From: Candidatus Omnitrophota bacterium
Lineage (GTDB): Bacteria > Omnitrophota > Omnitrophia > Omnitrophales > Aquincolibacteriaceae
DNA: 64,000 nt
Assembly: GCA_030698625.1 (NCBI GenBank)
Contig: JAUYMS010000035.1
Span: forward strand, 9,950 to 73,949
Direction of reading: 5' to 3'
Of the stretch, positions 50,002-57,879 are shown piece after piece; the first letter of the stretch is position 1; the number at the start of each line of letters is the position of its first letter. The notes below the pieces were generated by a model. It was not told the origin of the DNA. It worked only from the letters and a program-made list of their open reading frames with translations, and did no database searches. A program made the translations under genes and the position numbers.

Positions 50002-50574
50002 TTATTCGTAACTTACATTGACCTGCACGCCGTCGCTCTCCGATTCTTCAGAGACAGAGCCCTCAACTTCCGGCATTCCGTTTTCGCTTTCATCCGAGTC
50101 GTGATCGGCGCTCTTATCCTCCACACGTTCCTCCGTGAAGACTCCCCATTGCCGCTGAGCTTGATGGCATTGAACGCACTGCTGTGTCATGGCCGTGAAG
50201 TGCGAAAAAGAGGCCTCGAAATTACCTTGCGCCGCTTCATGTTCTAACATTTTGGCATGTTCCTTTATGGCCATGATCGCGTTAATGCGATCGTCTTCCT
50301 TGCCGAGGACAGGCTTGTACTGTGATGCGATCTTATCGATATCCTGATTCATGCGATGCAGCGCGCGTTGGATGCGGGTCCAATCTCCGCTGAGAAAACC
50401 CTCGAGGATTTGGCGAAGTCGTTGGCGTTGGTCGCGCATGAGAGAGTGTGCTTGGTTGCCGAGCATGGCGTAGAGTTTTTCGTTCGTGACCATTTCTTGC
50501 GCCCGCGAAGGGGGAACGGCAAGACCTGCGACCAGGAGGCAAATGATGAGAACGTAGGCTAGGGGGCTTTGCAT
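50002..50574 (-). CDS. Cytochrome c'-like four-helix monoheme protein with an acidic tail
   Basis: Signal peptide; helical body; C-proximal CVQCH heme motif. The upstream part of the track ORF is out-of-frame overlap with the TPR gene. Confidence 0.7.
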   Translation of the reverse strand: MQSPLAYVLIICLLVAGLAVPPSRAQEMVTNEKLYAMLGNQAHSLMRDQRQRLRQILEGFLSGDWTRIQRALHRMNQDIDKIASQYKPVLGKEDDRINAIMAIKEHAKMLEHEAAQGNFEASFSHFTAMTQQCVQCHQAQRQWGVFTEERVEDKSADHDSDESENGMPEVEGSVSEESESDGVQVNVSYE

Positions 50575-50587
50575 GTCCGACATTCTA

Positions 50588-52093
50588 CTAAACTTGTTCG
50601 AATCCTTCCACAAGTTCGCTGAGATTACGGCGGAAGATCGGGTTGTCCGGCTTGATGCGGACCGCTTCCCGGAAATGATAAACGGCCTCTTCGGTTTTCC
50701 CGAGTTCGGAAAGCGCAATGCCCAATCCGTTATGGGCTTCCGCATAGTCCGGCTCGAAGCGGAGTGCTGTGAGCTGCTGTTCCGCGGCCTCCGCGAAGCG
50801 GCCTGCGCGCGTAAGGGTGGTGGCCAGGTTGGCGTGAGCCTCGGCAAAATCCGGTTTGTAATGAATGGCCTTCATATAGTGCCGCGCGGCTTGAGCGTGA
50901 TCGAGCCGCTGCGTGAGAATATTGCCGAGATTGTTGTGGGCTAGCCAGGGCCGTTGCGTGCTTGCGATGGTGCTGCGCCACAGGCTTTCGGAATTATGAA
51001 AACGTTTGGTCCCGCTGAAGGTCAGAAGACATAGCACCGGAACAATAAGATACGGGAGCGCTTTCGGCTTAGCGAGCCGGGAGGCCAACAAGACGAGGGG
51101 GCCGATGCTTGCAAGGTACAGGAAATGGTCGGCCACAAAAGTATAGCGGAAAAAATAGATGTTCATGAAGCCGAGGAAGGGAAAGATCGTGATGATGAAA
51201 AACACCACGGCCCAAAAGGGTGCAGGTATGCCGCGTTTGAAGGCCATCCAAACAGCGCCTAGCAAAGTCACGGTGAAAAGGATTCCGAGGTAGGCTGCCG
51301 GATCTGCCGGGTTAATCTCCCAGCGGTCATAAATGAAACTTACCGGATGAGGCCATATTAATTTACCGAGGTAAAAAGGGATCACCTTTCCCGCAAGAAT
51401 GATTCTTTCTCCGAATGCCAATGCCCACGGTTCACCCCTGGCGCCGGAGTGAAACACCTGCTCCCAAACGGTCCAAAGCCCTGCCGGCAGAGCAACGGCC
51501 GCAAAGGGAGCGATGCGTCCGAAAAGCTTCTGATCAACGGGGCTCTGCTTCCGCCATTCATAGAGGAGAAGGAGAGCCGGAAACATAACGGCCGCAGGTT
51601 TTGCCAAGAGAGATAAGGTGAAGCATAACAGTGAGGCGATATAGCCGTTTCGGTCGCGCCGAAGGTAGGCATGTGCCGACAGAAGAATGAAAAAGCCGCA
51701 GAGCAGATTCTTGAGCTCCGTGATCCAGGCGACTGACTCGACATGAACCGGATGCAGCGCGAAAAGCAGCGCCGCCAGCCAGGCGACTCCGATCTTTAAT
51801 CGCGCGAGCAATCCCCAGAGGAGGAAGACATTTGCCAGGTGCAAAAGGATATTGAATAAATGATAGGGGAACGGCGTTGAACCCCATAACCGGTATTGCA
51901 CCCAAAAGACAGTGGACGTGAGAGGGTAGTAGACGGCATCCGCGCTCGTCCATATTTGGCTCAATCCGGCGGGGTTTGTGACAGCCTGATTATTGAGGAT
52001 ATGGGCGTCATCATCCCAAACAAAGCCCGCTCCGAGAGACGGCCAATAGACCAGAAGGACGAGGCAGATTGTTGCGGCCGCTCTCGGTATCAC
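50588..52093 (-). CDS. Second TMTC-like GT-C membrane protein with TPRs
   Basis: 'GFVWDD', 'YYPLT', 'YHL.NILLH', 'HPVHVESVAW.TE.KN', 'ADHFLYL', TPRs; start placed at GTG 52093 after TGCTATAAT. Confidence 0.85.
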   Translation of the reverse strand: MIPRAAATICLVLLVYWPSLGAGFVWDDDAHILNNQAVTNPAGLSQIWTSADAVYYPLTSTVFWVQYRLWGSTPFPYHLFNILLHLANVFLLWGLLARLKIGVAWLAALLFALHPVHVESVAWITELKNLLCGFFILLSAHAYLRRDRNGYIASLLCFTLSLLAKPAAVMFPALLLLYEWRKQSPVDQKLFGRIAPFAAVALPAGLWTVWEQVFHSGARGEPWALAFGERIILAGKVIPFYLGKLIWPHPVSFIYDRWEINPADPAAYLGILFTVTLLGAVWMAFKRGIPAPFWAVVFFIITIFPFLGFMNIYFFRYTFVADHFLYLASIGPLVLLASRLAKPKALPYLIVPVLCLLTFSGTKRFHNSESLWRSTIASTQRPWLAHNNLGNILTQRLDHAQAARHYMKAIHYKPDFAEAHANLATTLTRAGRFAEAAEQQLTALRFEPDYAEAHNGLGIALSELGKTEEAVYHFREAVRIKPDNPIFRRNLSELVEGFEQV

Positions 52094-52115
52094 GGGGCTC
52101 ATTATAGCAGACATT

Positions 52116-52525
52116 GAATCTGAGAACAGCGAATGGGTGTACCCCTGCAGCTGCGACCGTCGTAGCAAGAGGTATTCTCCGAATACCTCACGGCGCGAGG
52201 TGAAGGGGAGGCTGTCCGAAACGCTACGGATTCCTTGGCCTATCCTGCCCATCAAAGTCTTGCCGAGAACCGTTGACTTTGATACCCACTGATACGGCCC
52301 GAGAAATCCTGCGCATATTTCTGACAGCCTCCCCTTCACCTGGCTTTGCCGGGCTTCAGCAGCTGAGACAGGAGGGGGTCGGTCACCGCTGGAGTGACCG
52401 AACCCCCGGTGCCGGAGGGTACCCCTGCTTGCCACAGTCCACTCATTGCCAGTTTTTACTCCGTTGCATGTGTTTGCATCTACAGGGTCGCACTCGCAGC
52501 GAATCTGAGACTACCCAGTAGCGCC
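52116..52525 (-). ncRNA. Unidentified ~410-nt highly structured RNA-like element
   Basis: Paired ends, a perfect 19-bp stem extended into a ~145-nt rod, and further hairpins; mismatches resolve as G-U pairs only on the minus strand. Confidence 0.6.
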
Positions 52526-52594
52526 AGAAAGGCTTATAATTATTGCCTCTGTCGATCCGCAATGTTCCGTGTTCACTGATGCTCTGATGGGGTC

Positions 52595-53566
52595 TTGATG
52601 GATGTAATGTTTTATGAGGTTTTTCGGGAAGAAGAGATTGCCCTCAAGCGCCACCTGCTTTCTGTGGTTGATGCGGGTTTCACCGCGGATACCGTTCAGG
52701 AGCACAAAGACGAAGCAGCCCCATCGAATTTTATATCTGTGAGAACGCAGTCGGTCATTCCGTTGGAGTGGGCCCGTTCGGTGAACGGGATCCTGACACG
52801 GAGTACGGGTTACGATCATCTCATTGCTTATCGAGAGCGCAGCCGCACCAATATCCCGTGTGGTTATCTCCCCGAGTATTGCGCTCGTGCGGTTGCCGAA
52901 CATGCGCTTCTGGTCCTGATGGCTTTGCTCAGGAAGCTTCCGAGACAGATGAAACACTTCGACACTTTTAATCGTGACGGTCTAACGGGAGTCGAATGCC
53001 TGGGGAAAAATCTGCTGGTCATCGGCGTCGGTCACATCGGCGAAATGGTTGCGAGTCTGGGGGCAAGCCTTGGCATGCAAGTGCGGGGCGTGGATATTAT
53101 CAAACGTGTGCAGGGGCTTCATTATGTATCCCTCAAAGAGGGGCTTCCTGCTGCTGACGTTATTGTTTGTGCGCTGCCGCTTACGGAACAGACGCAATGG
53201 CTGCTCAATTACGACCGCTTACAGTACGCCAAACGCGATACAATCCTGGTCAATGTCTCCCGGGGGGAGATCACTCCGGTTCAGGATTTGATAAAACTCC
53301 TTGATGAGGGCGTGTTGGGAGGTCTGGCCCTGGATGTCTACGAAAACGAACCCGTGCTTGCCGAATACTTGCGTTCCGGGAACATCATTCTCAGACAGCA
53401 TCATAAAACGATCCTGACTTTGAGAGGCCGCGACAATGTCATTCTGACGCCGCACAATGCTTTTAATACCCTTGAATCCATAGAGCGGAAAGCCGCCCAG
53501 TCCGTTGAAGTCGTGATGCAATTCCTCGAATCAAGGACCTTTCCTTTCTCCGTACCACCTGCTTAA
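52595..53566 (+). CDS. D-isomer-specific 2-hydroxyacid dehydrogenase (D-LDH-like)
   Basis: 'RSTGYDH', 'AVAEHA', 'GVGHIG', 'LPLT..T', 'NVSRG', 'LDVYE.E', 'TPHNAF'. Confidence 0.92.
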   Translation: MMDVMFYEVFREEEIALKRHLLSVVDAGFTADTVQEHKDEAAPSNFISVRTQSVIPLEWARSVNGILTRSTGYDHLIAYRERSRTNIPCGYLPEYCARAVAEHALLVLMALLRKLPRQMKHFDTFNRDGLTGVECLGKNLLVIGVGHIGEMVASLGASLGMQVRGVDIIKRVQGLHYVSLKEGLPAADVIVCALPLTEQTQWLLNYDRLQYAKRDTILVNVSRGEITPVQDLIKLLDEGVLGGLALDVYENEPVLAEYLRSGNIILRQHHKTILTLRGRDNVILTPHNAFNTLESIERKAAQSVEVVMQFLESRTFPFSVPPA

Positions 53567-53698
53567 TGCACAAAATCAAAATCGGTATCTCAAGCTAAAG
53601 TTGGGAACTTAACAGGGGGGAGGACGAGCGATGACCTGGTTGCAGCTGAATTCTCGCCAGGGGAAAAACTATTTATGGCATGAGATCAGGAGTTATTT

Positions 53699-53833
53699 CT
53701 AGGAGAGGCTGCGCTCCTTCTTCGAGTACGGTGCGGTCGGGTTCTTGACGGCTGCTTTGACGGACTGCTTTGCGGATTCGAAGGTTTCGTGAAGCGACTT
53801 TCCTAACCATTCATGCAAGGTTCCTGTTTCCAT
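53699..53833 (-). CDS. Small 44-aa protein downstream of the LapG-like gene
   Basis: AAAGGGGTGA RBS then METGTLHEWLGKSLHETFESAKQSVKAAVKNPTAPYSKKERSLS*; below the ORF-track cutoff. Confidence 0.5.
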   Translation of the reverse strand: METGTLHEWLGKSLHETFESAKQSVKAAVKNPTAPYSKKERSLS

Positions 53834-53909
53834 CGTCACCCCTTTCTGGCTGATGCCTCAGTGGGTTGTAACTGCCTTCTTCCATTTACGTCATTTCGCT
53901 CGCGATGGT

Positions 53910-54446
53910 TTACGTCGATTTTATATTGTTGTGAATCTCTCGGATCATCCAGCCGCGTGAGCCGCGTCTTTCCGCTAAAGCGCCCCAGGTCCAATCGGCA
54001 TTGACGATTGAAATGGCTTCTTCAATCGTTTTGGCGCTGGCTTCGCGCAGACGGGCTTCATCTATAATATTAAACAAGCCATTTTCTTTGTAAAGCGCGA
54101 TGGTGTGCCCGTATCCGTTGCCCGCATAGAAGCTTACGACATAGGCTTCTATTCCGATATTCGCGAGTGCTTGCTTTGCGAACAGGGCGTAGTCTTCGCA
54201 GTCACCGGCCCTCCTCTCCCAGAACTCCTCCGGACTCTGCCAGTAATCGTTTGTGCCGAACAGATGAGCGTCCTGCACAAATTCGAAGGAGCGGTGCATG
54301 AAATGAGCAAGCGCCTTCGGTGTCGTGATGTTTTCTACGGCCTTGTGCAATGAAAGGGGTGACAGGGTGAATGAAGCAGTTCCTAAATCGGGACAAATGA
54401 GGAAACTAATAAGTATGACAGAAAACCCTAACCGGAATCGATGCAT
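53910..54446 (-). CDS. Transglutaminase-like cysteine peptidase (BTLCP, LapG-like)
   Basis: Signal peptide; 'D..LFG..DYWQSP.E....GDCEDYA', 'GH', 'IID' (Cys-His-Asp triad). Confidence 0.88.
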   Translation of the reverse strand: MHRFRLGFSVILISFLICPDLGTASFTLSPLSLHKAVENITTPKALAHFMHRSFEFVQDAHLFGTNDYWQSPEEFWERRAGDCEDYALFAKQALANIGIEAYVVSFYAGNGYGHTIALYKENGLFNIIDEARLREASAKTIEEAISIVNADWTWGALAERRGSRGWMIREIHNNIKST

Positions 54447-54518
54447 TTGCCTAATGTCCTGCGGGTTATGCGATCCGCGTGGGATCGTCAGGCAAACTTC
54501 CGTATCAGGAGGAGTTTT

Positions 54519-54670
54519 GGACTTGGCAACCCGGCTGTCGTGTACCCATGGGGCGTCACGACCCGTGGCTTTGCCATGCGCAGTGAAGCAGCGCACGGTC
54601 CCTCACCGACGCCGTTTCCGGTGCGGTTTTGGGACGTCCTGTCCTTACGAACAGTTTGCCTTTTCAGTTC
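54519..54670 (-). promoter_or_regulatory. c-di-GMP-I (GEMM-I) riboswitch with a 61-nt insertion
   Basis: Minus strand: GAAAAGGCAAACTGTTC-GTAA-GGACAGGAC [insert] GCAAAGCCACGGGTC...GACAGCCGGGTTGCCAA. Confidence 0.8.
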
Positions 54671-54732
54671 TAGTTGTCAGTTACTTGGTGCTAGCATGAG
54701 CGCTCTTCGGAGCCCTCTTGTGCCTTTTCTAA

Positions 54733-54761
54733 AGTATGCCCGGTAAAAGACTTAAATTCAA
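54733..54761 (-). promoter_or_regulatory. Sigma70-like promoter for the c-di-GMP riboswitch transcript
   Basis: TTGAAT-N17-CATACT on the minus strand. Confidence 0.5.
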
Positions 54762-54774
54762 ACGGGCAAAGTGT

Positions 54775-54802
54775 TTGACACAGCCCCCGAAAGGCCTATA
54801 AT
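54775..54802 (+). promoter_or_regulatory. Consensus sigma70 promoter of the B12 operon
   Basis: TTGACA-N16-TATAAT. Confidence 0.8.
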
Positions 54803-54835
54803 CAGGGCACTTTTCACCGCTCTTTACCATCAAAT

Positions 54836-54998
54836 TGTAACAGGTACCGGGAAGAGAGCACCTCCAAGGGTGACTCCGCGGTGCCGCCGCTGTCGGCGAG
54901 AACGAAAACGATATGCCACTGCACCAGAAGGTGTGGGAAGGTTCGTGAGTAGGATCTCTGGTTGTTTGCTCGCTTAGTCAGAATACCTGCCTGTTACA
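54836..54998 (+). promoter_or_regulatory. Cobalamin riboswitch
   Basis: P1 TGTAACAGGT/GCCTGTTACA, GGGAA, GCCGCCGCTGT, GCCACTG...GGGAAGG, B12-box AGTCAGAATACCTGCC; upstream of a TonB-dependent receptor and cobQ. Confidence 0.88.
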
Positions 54999-55096
54999 TG
55001 AAATAACATCCCCGAGCAGGGAAAAAGCCGCAAGCAGGACACAGTTTCTCTATCGTTCTCGTGCCCTTTTCTCCTGCCGGAAAAAAGGAGATTTAC

Positions 55097-57442
55097 ATGA
55101 CCAGGAACGAGCTATTCCCTCAGCTACACCAGGCCCAATTGCAGAAAAAACAACGACGTTTCACCACAACCGCTATCCTTTTCCTCGTATCGATACTTTT
55201 CCTTACACTAAGCGCGGGGAACGTTCACGCTGAAGAATCTAAAAAGAAATCAAAAATTCTTCCGCCTACCGGAGGCCCGCAGACTTTGCTTCCGCTTCCG
55301 TCCGCATTGCTGCCCGCCGGAGACCCTGCTAAGGGGCTAGAAAGAACCGTAATTACGGATCCCGGAAGTCAGCCTCTGCCCTTGCCTCCCGTTGCGCCTG
55401 TGCCGGAGAGGCTAGAAGGTGTGCCTACCAGAAAAGCCGAAGACGTAGTAAAAAAAGAAGCAGCCGAAAAAAAGGTTGCGAAAAAGGTCAAGAAAAAGAA
55501 GGCAAAGGAAGTGCCTGCGGAAGAAGAAACAGTCGTTGATAGTATGTTTCAAGTGTCGGGTGTGGAACAGCCTTTTATGTTTACGATCGACAGCGAGCAC
55601 CTAGTTGAAACAACGCGGCAGCAAAAACCGTTGATTCAGGAGACGCGTTCGCTTTCAGTCATTACTTCGGATGAGATTCTGGCACAGGGGGATTATCGTT
55701 TGGGGGAGTCCCTGCGCAATGTGCCCGGTCTCAGAGTGCGTACGCAAGGCCCTGTCGGAGATTTCACGGCGATTTACATCCGGGGCAATCGCAGTTTCGA
55801 TACGGCGCTTCTCGTTGACGGGCTTCCGTTCCGCGATGCCGCCGATCCGCAAGGAGCCGCCACACCCTTTTTTCAGGATGCCTTCGTCGACAAATTCGAG
55901 GTCATCGAGGTCGTCCGCGGCACGGCCAGCACCCTATATGGATCCGAGGCCATTGGGGGCGTCATTAATCTTCAAATGAAACGCGGCGAGATCGGCCGGC
56001 CGAAGGCAAAGGCCTCCTTCGAAGGCGGCAGTTATGGCACGCTAAAACATTCTTATCAGATCAGCGGGGGCGCCGAAAAGGCGGACTATTTTGTTCAATA
56101 TAGCCGTATCCAAAGCGACGGCATCAAGTCAGTAGACGGATACCGGGCTCACGATTATGCCGTGAATATCGGCGTGAAGCCTTTCGAGAATGTGGAAGGG
56201 CGTTTTATCGTCAATGCCAATCAGAGCATTTCAGACCTCAATAACGGTCCCACCGCACTGCCGACGGGTCAGCTTGTTGAAGACAGTACCGATCCCAACA
56301 ATCTGCGGCGTGCGCGATTTATTCACTATGTCTCGTCCCTGACGCACACGATCAATGAGAATGCCGAGCACACGGTCAAATTTGGCTATACGGATTCCGA
56401 GCGCCGTTTTATCAACGACGTCGATGCCGCCGATACCTCGTCTTCGGACAACCAATACCAAGGCAATATCTCGAACCTGGAGTATGCCGCGGATGTCTCG
56501 CTTGGCGAGCATGTCAAAGTCACGATAGGTGCCGAACATGAGCGCGAAGAGATGGTCCAGATTTCTTCGGGGAAAAGTTCCTTTTCGTTTACTCCGCCGA
56601 CAAAAGATAAGTTTGCGGTGTATCGGCTCGGCGGTTTTGCCCAGGCGACTGCAAGTGCTCTGGAAGACACGCTGCAGGTTACGGCCGGCGGGCGCCTCAT
56701 GCATCATGAAAAGTCCCATACGAACCCTAGCGGTGAGGTATCCGCTTCCTATCTTTTTCGGCCGACAAACACGCGTCTCAAAGGGCATTTTGGAACCGGT
56801 TTTCGCGAGCCTTCGCTTTTCGAACTCTATGGGGTGTTTCACAGCGGAGCTTTAACCTTTCCTTTGGGGAATCCAAATCTAAAAAATGAAAAAAGTTTGA
56901 GTTGGGACGCGGGGTTTGAACAGAGGCTGATTGGCGATAAAGTAAAGGTTGCAGCTAATGTGTTTGCCACAGAATATTCCAAGCGTATTGCCTTCCTCGG
57001 AGGGACTTACACATTTGTGGATGGTGGTTATACCCGGGGTGCAGAGCTTGAGGCCGAGTTTCATCCCTTCGACAATATGACGATCAAGGGATCTTATACC
57101 CGGACCATGGGCGAGTTGGATGGGGAGTCACTGGTCAATATTCCCCGTAATATGTTCGGCCTGGACTTTTTTTGGCGACTGCATGAAAGAGTGGATATCG
57201 GGGTCAACCTCTCGCATCGCGGCCGTGAACAGACTGTGATCTTTGGTGGCGCCCCGACCTTCCCGCGTCTGCTTTTGTCTGAGGGAAGCTACACAAAAGT
57301 AGATGCTAAATTGGGCGTCCGTGTCAGTGATAATCTCACGGTCTGGCTGCGCGGCGACAATATTTTCGGTGCCGAATTCGTGGAGGCTGGTTTCCGGAAT
57401 CCGGGAGCCCAATTTTACGGCGGCACCAGCGTGGAATTATGA
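55097..57442 (+). CDS. btuB: TonB-dependent cobalamin receptor
   Basis: Plug 'SLSVIT..E.LR.VPG..IRG..LLVDG..IEVVRG..S.LYGS.AIGGVINL', barrel 'F.EPS..ELY...GNPNLKNE'; B12 riboswitch upstream. Confidence 0.85.
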   Translation: MTRNELFPQLHQAQLQKKQRRFTTTAILFLVSILFLTLSAGNVHAEESKKKSKILPPTGGPQTLLPLPSALLPAGDPAKGLERTVITDPGSQPLPLPPVAPVPERLEGVPTRKAEDVVKKEAAEKKVAKKVKKKKAKEVPAEEETVVDSMFQVSGVEQPFMFTIDSEHLVETTRQQKPLIQETRSLSVITSDEILAQGDYRLGESLRNVPGLRVRTQGPVGDFTAIYIRGNRSFDTALLVDGLPFRDAADPQGAATPFFQDAFVDKFEVIEVVRGTASTLYGSEAIGGVINLQMKRGEIGRPKAKASFEGGSYGTLKHSYQISGGAEKADYFVQYSRIQSDGIKSVDGYRAHDYAVNIGVKPFENVEGRFIVNANQSISDLNNGPTALPTGQLVEDSTDPNNLRRARFIHYVSSLTHTINENAEHTVKFGYTDSERRFINDVDAADTSSSDNQYQGNISNLEYAADVSLGEHVKVTIGAEHEREEMVQISSGKSSFSFTPPTKDKFAVYRLGGFAQATASALEDTLQVTAGGRLMHHEKSHTNPSGEVSASYLFRPTNTRLKGHFGTGFREPSLFELYGVFHSGALTFPLGNPNLKNEKSLSWDAGFEQRLIGDKVKVAANVFATEYSKRIAFLGGTYTFVDGGYTRGAELEAEFHPFDNMTIKGSYTRTMGELDGESLVNIPRNMFGLDFFWRLHERVDIGVNLSHRGREQTVIFGGAPTFPRLLLSEGSYTKVDAKLGVRVSDNLTVWLRGDNIFGAEFVEAGFRNPGAQFYGGTSVEL

Positions 57443-57879
57443 AGACGACGATAAAAATTCCCGATAGGGTTCGCTTTATCGTGCTCGGTGTTGTCCTGGC
57501 CGCAGTGGTAGGCGCCTGCCTTTTTCAGACTTTTTCCGATAAGCCGAAAACGCTTCAGCCCTTGGTCAAGAAAAATACATTTCTCATCAACGTCCGTGTT
57601 GATTTTGGCCCCGCCGGAAAAGAAGGCTATGACAAGCCGCTTTTAGTTGAGAAGGGTACGACAGCCGCCGAGGCCGCGGCTCAGATTTACCCGGTTCTTC
57701 TCGGCATGGCGTGTTGCAGTCTTCGCGATCTTGTGGAGATTGGCGGCGTTCGCATTGATCCCATGAAAAATTACTGGTGGATTGCGACCGTCAACGGTTC
57801 AAAGGATTTTTCGCCGACCAAGGACAAATTGAAAAAAGGGGATCGCTTGGAATGGCGCTATATCATAGAAACACAGTAA
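57439..57879 (+). CDS. Membrane-anchored DUF4430 / transcobalamin-C-like domain protein
   Basis: N-terminal TM; 'V.VDFG', 'GTT', 'EIGGV', 'YWW...VNG', 'L..GD..EW.Y'. Confidence 0.7.
   Translation: MKTTIKIPDRVRFIVLGVVLAAVVGACLFQTFSDKPKTLQPLVKKNTFLINVRVDFGPAGKEGYDKPLLVEKGTTAAEAAAQIYPVLLGMACCSLRDLVEIGGVRIDPMKNYWWIATVNGSKDFSPTKDKLKKGDRLEWRYIIETQ

Noticed and set aside
52262-52302. Minus-strand GGGCCGTAT...ACGGTTCT resembling group II intron domain V, plus a GTGCG near 52493
   Set aside because: No GNRA-capped upper stem or domain VI; the bases are better explained by the rod pairing; no intron RT or interrupted gene
52094-52435. 114-codon N-terminal extension of the TMTC-like ORF
   Set aside because: Not protein-like, absent from the paralog, and an extended -10 sits just before GTG 52093
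52430-52515. CACAGTCC and CTGAGACTAC resembling group I intron S and R elements
   Set aside because: Wrong order, on the strand disfavoured by the G-U pairs, and no host exons
52116-52525. RNase P RNA, tmRNA, SRP or 6S identity for the structured element
   Set aside because: No GAGGAAAGTCC, no tRNA-like ends with CCA, no SRP helix-8 motif; size and branching do not fit 6S
54447-54596. N-terminal extension of the BTLCP ORF
   Set aside because: It overlaps the riboswitch; the signal peptide begins at ATG 54446
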